Assembly (NCBI GenBank): GCA_965204165.1 | Contig: OZ241969.1 | Span: 4,280,735 to 4,344,734, forward strand | From: Candidatus Poriferihabitaceae bacterium | GTDB lineage: Bacteria; Pseudomonadota; Gammaproteobacteria; Arenicellales; Poriferihabitantaceae | DNA length: 64,000 bases | Reading direction: 5' to 3' | Shown here: positions 26,958 through 36,032 of the stretch, in pieces | How positions within the stretch are numbered: the stretch's first letter is position 1 | Layout of the letters: every line of letters starts with the position of its first letter | The notes under the pieces: model-generated | What the model saw: only the letters and a program-made list of their open reading frames with translations | What the model was told of the DNA's origin: nothing | Databases searched by the model: none | Program-made: the position numbers and the translations under genes

Positions 26958-27647
26958 TCACTCCTCCCTCGCCTCCACGGCCTCCTCCGCCTCCACCGCC
27001 ATCATCGCCGACAGCACCGCCAGGCGTTCCCCATGCGGCATCCCCCGGTAGCGCCGGCCCCAACTCTGGGCCTTGCGCTTCACCGCCTGGCGATGGGTGA
27101 AGTTCCGGCCCGCATAACGCGGCCAGTGAACCCGGTCCGGCGTGAAGTTGAACCACACCTTCTCCGTCACCACACCCGCCTGGTTCATCACCTGAAGCGA
27201 CACGCTGCCCCAATCCCCCAGCCAGTCGTCGTACATCCGCGAAGGATACCCCGAGATCATCACCGAGCAGGGAAGGCCGCGGATCAGCGCCAGCAAGCCC
27301 TCGTGGTCGCTGTTCCTGTAGTCGTGCCGGTAGCGGCGGCCCGACTTGCGCGTACTTTGCAGATACGGCGGGTCGCAGTAGACCAGTTCCGTGCCGTCAA
27401 ACGGAAACGTCCGGAGATACCGGTGACAGCAGCCATGCACCAGTTCCACCGGATAGTCGCACTGGAATCCTTCCAGCGCCCTGGCGTTGCAGTCTATGCC
27501 GATGTTCCGCAGGGCCCCCGGCTTGCGCTTCATGATCGCCCCACCGCCAAGGTGGGTTTCGATATACACCGAGTGCGGCGGCATCAGGGCGATCAGAGGC
27601 TGGCACAGCCCCGAAGCTCCCTTGGAGCCGAAATAGCGGTTCCCCAT
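26958..27647 (-). CDS. compact Dam-like N6-adenine DNA methyltransferase (identical to 1138..1827)
   Basis: Same 229-aa translation as copy 1, with the DPPY and FxGxG-type motifs. Confidence 0.75.
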   Translation of the reverse strand: MGNRYFGSKGASGLCQPLIALMPPHSVYIETHLGGGAIMKRKPGALRNIGIDCNARALEGFQCDYPVELVHGCCHRYLRTFPFDGTELVYCDPPYLQSTRKSGRRYRHDYRNSDHEGLLALIRGLPCSVMISGYPSRMYDDWLGDWGSVSLQVMNQAGVVTEKVWFNFTPDRVHWPRYAGRNFTHRQAVKRKAQSWGRRYRGMPHGERLAVLSAMMAVEAEEAVEAREE

Positions 27648-27763
27648 CTGTGTGCGGGTTCGTCTCGTGGTCCGAAACCCGAACGATAGGGAAAATATTC
27701 TATACTGTCAACCTACAGATGGGGATAATGGGGCAAATAAGGGGTGAGTAGTTACGATGAAAG

Positions 27764-30700
27764 ATTGTTAATAGCGATTCGGGTATGTCGAAAAGCAGAG
27801 AATACTGCGCGTGCTTTACGCTTCGTACTTATTGGCGCGGAAGCACGCCGTACCAGTGAATCGACTCGATCACTGTTGGCATCATACCCAAAACTAACGG
27901 CCAGGTACGCAAAGGAGACAGCAAGTCGTCTTATATTAAGTGATCCAAAAGAAATAGAACATCATGGCCCTCTTATTTTTCATTCTATCGCTGAGGATGC
28001 CAGAAAAGGAGATAAGGTCGGATATAGAGTGGGATGGCGGCTTCTTCAAGCGTGGTGGGTAGCGCGTAGGGATGTTTATAAGTCAGAATTTGAAAAACAT
28101 GGATATGAAGATCCTTGGCCAATAAAGCTTGACGACTTTGCATCGATTGTCTACGGGTCTGCGGTATTAATGGGTCCAGATGCCGCGATTACGGAACTCA
28201 AGAGATTTCGGCAAATGAAATTTGCCATTAATGTAGGTAAGAAATTCGTAACCAGATTACTTACCGAAGGTCGCTTTGAATTAGCTGAAGAAATTGCAAT
28301 GAGGTTCCATCCGTGGAAGGCAGTTTTTCTTCTGGTGCCTCTTGCCCTTGCTGGTCGGAACATTGACTTGCATCGATTAGGAAGAGGGCTATCTGCATTA
28401 AAGAGACGATTTCGGTTAGATATCGAATTAGCAAATTATGATGATGAATACAGAACAGGAGAATATGTTCTAGATACAGTTCTTACTGCATCTGAAATCC
28501 TAATTGGAAATGGCGTTTGTACAGATGTCGGAAAAAATATTCTTTCGTCGTTCACTGACCCCAGTTTGCGTAATTTAGAACAGCGACATGAATTCGAGAT
28601 TTCGTTGATTGATGCAATTTTTAGGTCATACTCATTAACTGAGTTGATGCTGGACAAGGACATAACATCGTCAGATATATTTCAATTTGAACCACAATCA
28701 AGTGGAATCGAAAACTATACAGACAGACATAGTATCCATCATGACAGAGATTTCGGTGAATTTATAAATACGATTTCTCCCTTTTATATCCTTCGGGCGA
28801 AAACCATTCTTTCAGCTCAGTGTAATAAGAGTTTCGATCTATGTATTGATGAATTCAAGAAAGGATTTGACACTGATTTCTGGCGTTTGAGCCACAGACG
28901 TCGGGGCAAGGAATACCGTGCAGTACTGTGTGACCGTTTGACAACCCTTATTGCCTTTGGGGCCAGTTCTCAGGAGATTTATTCGTACGCAATAATGTAT
29001 CTCGAGAAGGGAGAATATCCTACCAATAATTTCTATGAACGATTCGCTGTTTTTCGTGAACTTCATAGCAATATAGTTGATAGTATTCTTTCCACTGCAA
29101 ATGCCACCATTTCTGAGCGATGTGGATCCGAAGAAAAAGCTCATAATCTTTCCGAGTTAGCTGAATTGTTGACGTCGTTCAGTCCAAGGGATGCTGATGC
29201 GTTATTCCAAGAAGCCATAATTATTGCAAGTCAACTTGACAAAGAATCAATAGATCAAATTCGACTTTTTCACAGTTTGATTGGCCATTGCAAAACTGTA
29301 ATTCCTAAAGAAAAACATCGTTTCTATGCATCCAGGCTATCTGAAATAATTTTTGATGCGGGTATACGTCTAAAAGATTTGGAGGACTTTCCATGGTGCA
29401 ATGCGATGGAATCCATTTCTCTACTGGACATTCCTACAGCACTGGCAAGTACCGCAAGATGGAATGATTTTAATCTGCAGGGTATAGACACAATTTTACC
29501 TCCTGTCATTTCAGAGGGGTTAAGGACAAATGATCTAGACAGTACACAAGCTTCGGCACTGTTGTGCTTGCTTCGTTATGCACGTTTGGAAACTTTAGAG
29601 GGAATATTTAAGAAAGCTCTGGATGAAGGTAAATCAGTAGCTTCCAACTTGGCAGAGGAATTCGCACAAGACTGTCTCGTTGGACGTATCAGATTTTTTG
29701 AGGATTTCGCTTCCCTCATATCCAAGCATGGTACTGGAGAATGGATAAATAAATTAGACAAGCAAAATGAATTCATTGTCCGAATTTCACAGGATGAAGA
29801 AGAATCCAGTAACACGACCGAAGTAACTCTGAAAAATTCTGAAATCATTGAAAAGCATGTTTGGGAACATGCAACCTTGACTGACAGCGATCGTTTGTTG
29901 GCTGAAGCTGAACACCTAATTTCGAAGTCCAGGTCTGAAGGAGAACACATATCATTGCGAGATGTGTTTTTCTACGCATCACAGAAAGTGCCTGTTGGGA
30001 ATCTGTGTGAGTATCTTGATGCACTTGTTGGAATATTAGAAAAAAATCGTGATTATCAAATACTGGACGCTATTTTGGGATCTGCTCAATGCTGGAAATC
30101 AAAATGGTCCGTTCAGAATTGGAGTAAAAATAATATTCCGAAGTTGATTTCTGATTTCTTGCCGCTATTCACGCGGCACATTCCTTGGGAAGACAGACTC
30201 AACCCAGCAATTGAATTGGCTCAGATGGATGGAGAAAAAACGCAAATTTCATTGTTAAAAGGTATTGAGTCTTCCGCATTGGAATTGAGCGTACTTGAAA
30301 TACTCACTATTGCAAATCTCATTTCAATAAATTCTGATCCTGGAGAATCCGCTAATTTATTTGAATGGTATCTTGAAAGACTTTTCAATCGTATCCCTGA
30401 AAACGAACGTGAGGATGTCGATGATGTTGATATACCAGTCGACGTTACTAGTTCTGTTGCAAGATTTCTTTATGCACATCTCAGCGATGTCGATTTGCGT
30501 ACTAGATGGCGTGCAGCACATGCAATGCGGAGATTAGCTCGACTTGGTGATAGCAATACACTAACTGAAATAGTTAATCAGTATGAACGTATCGAAGAAA
30601 AAGGATTCAGAGCTGTAGGGACACCATTTTATTGGCTTGCTGCACGGCTTTGGTTGATGATCTCCCTGGACAGAATTTCACATGAAACGCCTGAATTATC

Positions 30701-32144
30701 GAAACCTTTTATCGAAAAGTTACTAAATATAGCTCTTTCTGATGATTTTCCTCACATGCTGATACGTGCTTATGCAACTGACGCATGTTTGAAACTCAGT
30801 GAAAATGGATACGTGCAACTTGACTCAACAAACATTGGCGCACTACAAAGAATTAATTCACCATCGAATATTGATAAATCAAGTCGTGTGGGTCGTACTG
30901 AATCTTTTGAGTCGTGCGGAATTAGCGATGATTCACGGAGGTTTGAATTTGATTGGATGGATACGCTTAGATATTGGTATGAGCCATGGCTAAATATTTT
31001 TCCGGAATTGACTACAAGGAGATTTCTTGAATTATCAGAAGCATGGATAGTTGATCGTTGGGGGATTACAGAACAATCGAAACGAACCAGGTATGATCCA
31101 CGTTCTTGGAGATTCCAAGACAGTACATATGGTTCCTGGAGCAATAGCCATGGGAGCCTTCCCACACTTGAACGATTCCAGAATCACCTAGAGTGGCATT
31201 CCATGTGGTGTACTGCTGGAGAATTGGCCAAGTCATATTCAGTCAGAAAAGAGGAATACGAAGAAGTCGATGAACTGGCCATGAAAATAGCCCAGGGAAA
31301 ATTATCGATTGATTCATTATGGCTCAGTGATCTGATTGGAGCAGTTCCTTTACAGCAGCATCGCTGGATTCCAGAAGCAGATGAATTAAGCTCATGGATG
31401 AATACAATCACTGACGATGCTTTTTTTCGCGAACTATTTCCCGAGGATCGATGGGATTGGATCGTGGCTAATGCTGAATTGAATTCTGTATATCGCGACC
31501 GAGAAGAAAGAGTTCAGATAAACACAGGGCTTGTTTCCCCAGAGACAGCTCATGCGCTTGTCCGCGCATTGCAAACCACAAAAAGTCAATACCTCTATTT
31601 TATCCCGCCGGAAAATTCTGAGTCAGAAATTAATGAGGCTGATTATAGTCTCTCTGGATGGTTGTCTAACATTGACGGTGACACTCGATTTGATAGTAAA
31701 GATCCTTATTGCCACAACATCAATCTCCCTAGAGGCTTACCTGGGGAGGGAATTGTCAGCTGCTTGGATCTGCAACAACGGACATCCCTTCCATCAATTA
31801 ATTGGTTTCGTGAAGATTCGGAAATGCCATCTGTAATATATGAAACATGGGGGGATTCGGATAGAAATGGTACCTATCAATATCGCCCAAAAAATGCAGT
31901 TGAATACTTTGGGTACAGGACACTCATCAGAAAAGATGAGATGGTTAAATTCATGCGGATTAAAGAAGAAGATTTGATTGTTCAAGTTGGAGTAACACGA
32001 TATGACAAACCGAGAGAAGAACCGAGATATGATACGGAAGGTAGAAATAGGGCTATCTTCGACAGAGTGTTTGTCCTCAGACGAGAAGGAGATATCGAAT
32101 CTGCCGAGCGAAGTTTTGAAGCTTGGTTCCAGAATCGTCAATGA
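27764..32144 (+). pseudogene. giant nuclease-like / NTPase gene, 3' part (completes codon 682, runs to codon ~2141)
   Basis: After removing the IS and one TSD copy, the frame continues ...EINDE-RLLIAIRVCRKAEN... The ~1,460 aa are helical-repeat-like, with one HEAT-like stretch RWRAAHAMRRLARLGD and no catalytic motif recognised. Confidence 0.8.
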
Positions 32145-32775
32145 ACTCAATATCCACCAGAATTCCGATACTCTCAGCCGATGGATGGCACATCATTTAG
32201 CTGAAGTCATCAAGGAAGCAGAAACAGCAGAAGGAACTGAACGAGAATCTCTACAGGAAAAAGCCGTTCGTTTAATTTTAGAATTATGGAGTAACAGGAA
32301 AAACCTTCCAGGAAATGCCTACCCACTAAACCACCTGAAAGATATTATTTCCATACTCATACTATTGAGAAAGAGTTCATCACCATTTTCTGAACACGGC
32401 CATGGAAAAATTGAAAAATTATTATTCAGTATATTTTCTTCTCTTCAGGTGATCGTAATTCATGGTATTGTTCTTACAGCTAAAGCTGGAGAATTACCCG
32501 AAGATATCGATTCGGAAAAGAATTTCCTTGATGCGGACGAAAAGCGTGTTCTAAATGCAGTGAAAGAATGGGAGAATTTTATTGATGATAGACATCCAAT
32601 GCCGCAAGTACTTATTCAGACTGAGCAAAGCACTTCAGATTTTGGCCAGATTCAGTCCAATATTGCTAAATTGGAAGCAATGGATCCAGTAGAACGATCA
32701 AAATTTGTCTTGCATGCGGAGATAGAGGGAATAATGAAAACCCTTACGGAGTTGAAAGAGATTCTGGAAGATTGA
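32002..32775 (+). CDS. hypothetical helical protein (257 aa); start uncertain; may be a frameshifted continuation of the giant gene
   Basis: ATG preceded by GGAG at 9-nt spacing. It overlaps the upstream ORF by 143 nt in the +1 frame. AT-rich codon usage matches the giant gene. Confidence 0.45.
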   Translation: MTNREKNRDMIRKVEIGLSSTECLSSDEKEISNLPSEVLKLGSRIVNELNIHQNSDTLSRWMAHHLAEVIKEAETAEGTERESLQEKAVRLILELWSNRKNLPGNAYPLNHLKDIISILILLRKSSSPFSEHGHGKIEKLLFSIFSSLQVIVIHGIVLTAKAGELPEDIDSEKNFLDADEKRVLNAVKEWENFIDDRHPMPQVLIQTEQSTSDFGQIQSNIAKLEAMDPVERSKFVLHAEIEGIMKTLTELKEILED

Positions 32776-33062
32776 TTTTCAAAGCGGTTTACTACAGCCC
32801 AATGATGCCTGAAGTATTCCGATGGTCAATTTCGATAATATCGAGACATTCTTTACCACATCACCTCGCAAGGGATGGTGAGGAATTTGGGATCGAAACT
32901 GGTATCAGCTACAACGCCAGGCCGGAGAACTTTTCCACCATAACTGCGAAGAAGTCCCACATCAGGCTACAATGTGAGTCCCCGGACGCAGACAGGCTAC
33001 AGGTACGCAGAGTATGGTTCCATCCTAGAGACATGCCAACGCTCCTCCCGGCGTCGGATCAA

Positions 33063-36032
33063 TCACAAACCAAGTTCACGGTCCACAACCTTGGGCCTGC
33101 GGGGCGGTTCCATCCCCGATTCCCGGCCCTGATCCCTCGACCTGGACGTCCTTTCGCCGCCCTTTTCCGGTACCGACTTCCCCGTTATCTCCGAATCTTT
33201 CGTGATGCCTTCCAACGCGGAGAGCCGTTCCCCGGTGGCCGCTTCCAGTTGCTCCTTCAGTCCCGCCCTGTCGTCCGTGACCAGTTCCGCCCGATCCCTG
33301 GCACGGCTGATCTCCACATAGAATGACTTCTGGGTCGTCAGGTTCGGATGCCCCGCCTCCATGGCGGCGATCACGTTGTCCACGGTCCTGCCCTGGAACG
33401 CGTGCACCGTCGATGCCCAAGCATGGTCCAGATGCCGCATCTGCGGATCGTTTTTTTCAAGTTCCAGTCTGCGGCCATCCTCCAGCTGGAAGGATACGCG
33501 GCCATTGCCGACTTTCGTCACTTCCGCGGTGCGACTGTTGAACAGTCCCAGCCCGCGGTCGTTGCGGGTCCAGCGGATTCGGTCACCGGCCCGAAGCTCG
33601 ATCCCCTCGGCCTTGTAGACCTCGGCCCCGCCGGTTTTCCCGCCGATTTTCTCGGGTTCCCACCCCACAATCTGCCCTGCGTTCCCGTTCGGGCCCTCCA
33701 ACATTACCTTGCCAGTCTTGCCGTCCACGCCCAGGACCTGGCGTTCGTCGCCCTTCTCGATGCCGATCCGCCTGTACGTCCGGTGAAATGCCACCACATC
33801 CCCCGGCGCATAGTTGGCGGGGAGGGCCTTCTCGGCGTTGGTGAATCCCTGCGACACCAGCCGCTGGCCCTGGAAGGCGGGGCCGTGGATCCGGCCCTCG
33901 CGCTCCAGGCGCTCCCGTATATGGCCGTTGATGTCCTTTCTCAGTTCATGGCTCGGCGCCATCACCCCGGTTCTTTCGCGCTTCTCCGGGGTCAGGCGGA
34001 GCCAACGGGCGGCGACCGCCCCGGCGATGTTGTCCGCCTTCACCTCGGCGATATTGGCCCCGAGCTTCCCGAACGCCTTTTCCACGTTCCCGGCCAGACT
34101 CGCCTCGACGGCGGCCTTCAGGTCCGGATCCCGCTGGCGCAGGATCTCGTCCATCACCGCCGTCTTCATGCCTCCCTCCTGAAGCTGGGCGAAGGGCTTG
34201 CCCGCGTCCACGGCTTCGAGCTGCTTGCTGTCCCCCACCAGTACCACCCGGGGAATCCGCAATGCCTTCGCGATCCGAAGGAGGTTCCGGGCCTGTACGG
34301 TGGAAGCGAGGGACCCCTCGTCCACTACCAGCACGGTCCTTTTGAACATGTCACGGAGTTCCCGTTCGCCTTTCCTCGTCAATCTTCCCTCGGCCACGCC
34401 TTCATTGCGTGCGAGAAACATCTGCAGGGTCTCTGATTCGATCCCCGCCTCCATAGATAACGTGCCCGCCGCCGAGGCCGAGGGGGCGAGGCCCGCCATG
34501 CGGTAGCCCTGCTGCTCCGCCAGCGCCCGGGCTCGGTTCAGCATCGTGGTCTTGCCGGTGCCGGCGTATCCCTGCACTCCCACCACCCGGTCCCTGGCGG
34601 ACAGGATCAGCTTCACGGCCTCCTTCTGACCCTCTGTAAGCGGCCCCTTGTGGAGGCGGGCGCTCACCGCCCAGCTCCGCATCACCGGACGGCCACGGCC
34701 CTGGCCCTCGCGCATGAGGCCGATGGTCTCGCGCTCGTCCGCCAGCGCCCGGTCGGTGGTCAGGCCGTCCCCCGTGTGGAAAGCGGGGGCGACGTACAGG
34801 CCGTTCTCCTTCCTCAGGCCCTCCACCGCCCGCTCCGCCGCCTCCACGGACACCATCCCGGGCTTCCAGGAAAGCGCGGCGGCCAGAAGCTCCGTCCGGC
34901 TGAACACCGCTTCCCGTTCCCCCAGATGCGCCACCGCCCATTTTATTGCCTCAGTAGCGAGGTCCTTCGATTCGCTTGCCGGTATGGGAATATCCGCCAT
35001 CGACGGCTCCACGACCCTGCCGGTCTTCCCGGCTTTCTCGGGTGCCGCATCCGAAGCGGAAAAATCCTTGTCGGATTCCCCGTAAGCCACACCTGAAGCA
35101 TGAATTGAACCGGCGGTGAGTGCATTGGCATCGAAGCCCATGGTCTTCGCCTGTTCCCGCCAGTGCGCCCGGAGCGCATCCTTGTCCACGTCCCGTTTCG
35201 ACGCCCGCGTCATCAGCGCCGCCCGCTCGGCCAGGCGCTGGTTGCCGGCGGTGCCGCCCCCGTCCGCCGTCCTCTCCGCCACCGCGGCCTCGATCTCCGC
35301 CCTCCGGGTGGAGAACACTTCAATTACCCTGCGGGATATCCCCGCGATCTCGAACCTTCCGTCCGCATGGGTTTTCTCGATCCCGTAACCGAGCTTCATC
35401 AGGCTCCTGGCGAGTTCGCTCCGGTAGATCATGCCGACCAGTTTCTGGTTGCGGTACAGCCCCTCGTTGGCCATGGTCCGCCATTTCCCGTCTTCTCCCC
35501 GCACCATGTTGGCGAGGACGGCATGGGTGTGCAGCTGGGGATCGAGATTGCGTGACGTGTCGTGCAGGAAGGTGGCAACCACCGTCTTCTGATTTCCCGC
35601 GCGGACCAGCCGACCGGTCGCGGGGTCCCGCAGACGGGTTTCCGCGGCGTTTTTCTCGACCCAGGCCAGCGACTTCGCAACCGCCTGCCGATGTGCTTCC
35701 ACAACGCGCTTTTCATCTCCCCCCACCAGTGCGGCCAGGGAAACGGACTTGGGGGCGGAGAAGGTCAGGTCCCGGCCCGGGCGGTGAATGACATTCCCTT
35801 CCCTGTCCATCCGGCCGAGCCGCTGCCCGCTGCCGTCCGGCACCTCGCCCCGGAGGACCGCCTTGAACATCTCCGGGTCCACATGGCCCTCGAGGCCGAG
35901 TTCGGCCGCACCCCGCCCCGCCCAGGCGCTCATCCGAAGGTGTTCGGGATCGTCCTTCGCGTAATACCCGTCCCGTTCGTAGTAGGAGGCGCCCTGGGCG
36001 GCCGAAGCCACGGAGCCGACCGACACTACCAC
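33063..36032 (-). CDS. traI: MOBF-type conjugative relaxase/helicase (TrwC/TraI-like)
   Basis: Relaxase motifs: N-terminal AASYYE..DGYYAKDD, LTFSAPKSVS and HDTSRNLDPQLHTHAVLANM (3-His). The helicase part has GYAGTGKTT and VLVVDEGS. Confidence 0.9.
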   Translation of the reverse strand: MVVSVGSVASAAQGASYYERDGYYAKDDPEHLRMSAWAGRGAAELGLEGHVDPEMFKAVLRGEVPDGSGQRLGRMDREGNVIHRPGRDLTFSAPKSVSLAALVGGDEKRVVEAHRQAVAKSLAWVEKNAAETRLRDPATGRLVRAGNQKTVVATFLHDTSRNLDPQLHTHAVLANMVRGEDGKWRTMANEGLYRNQKLVGMIYRSELARSLMKLGYGIEKTHADGRFEIAGISRRVIEVFSTRRAEIEAAVAERTADGGGTAGNQRLAERAALMTRASKRDVDKDALRAHWREQAKTMGFDANALTAGSIHASGVAYGESDKDFSASDAAPEKAGKTGRVVEPSMADIPIPASESKDLATEAIKWAVAHLGEREAVFSRTELLAAALSWKPGMVSVEAAERAVEGLRKENGLYVAPAFHTGDGLTTDRALADERETIGLMREGQGRGRPVMRSWAVSARLHKGPLTEGQKEAVKLILSARDRVVGVQGYAGTGKTTMLNRARALAEQQGYRMAGLAPSASAAGTLSMEAGIESETLQMFLARNEGVAEGRLTRKGERELRDMFKRTVLVVDEGSLASTVQARNLLRIAKALRIPRVVLVGDSKQLEAVDAGKPFAQLQEGGMKTAVMDEILRQRDPDLKAAVEASLAGNVEKAFGKLGANIAEVKADNIAGAVAARWLRLTPEKRERTGVMAPSHELRKDINGHIRERLEREGRIHGPAFQGQRLVSQGFTNAEKALPANYAPGDVVAFHRTYRRIGIEKGDERQVLGVDGKTGKVMLEGPNGNAGQIVGWEPEKIGGKTGGAEVYKAEGIELRAGDRIRWTRNDRGLGLFNSRTAEVTKVGNGRVSFQLEDGRRLELEKNDPQMRHLDHAWASTVHAFQGRTVDNVIAAMEAGHPNLTTQKSFYVEISRARDRAELVTDDRAGLKEQLEAATGERLSALEGITKDSEITGKSVPEKGGERTSRSRDQGRESGMEPPRRPKVVDRELGL

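Larger units (their letters stand above)
25463..27755 (-). mobile_element. IS66-family element, copy 2 (complete, 2,293 bp) carrying methyltransferase plus transposase
   Basis: Termini are GTAACTACTAGCCCC (left) and the reverse complement of GGGGTGAGTAGTTAC (right). It is flanked by a perfect 8-bp direct duplication GATGAAAG at 25455-25462 and 27756-27763. The GTAA ends and 8-bp TSD fit IS66-family hallmarks. Confidence 0.9.

Noticed and set aside
32772-33326. 184-aa ORF after the 257-aa gene
   Set aside because: It crosses the compositional boundary and overlaps the 3' end of the relaxase gene on the opposite strand. There is no RBS or motif.
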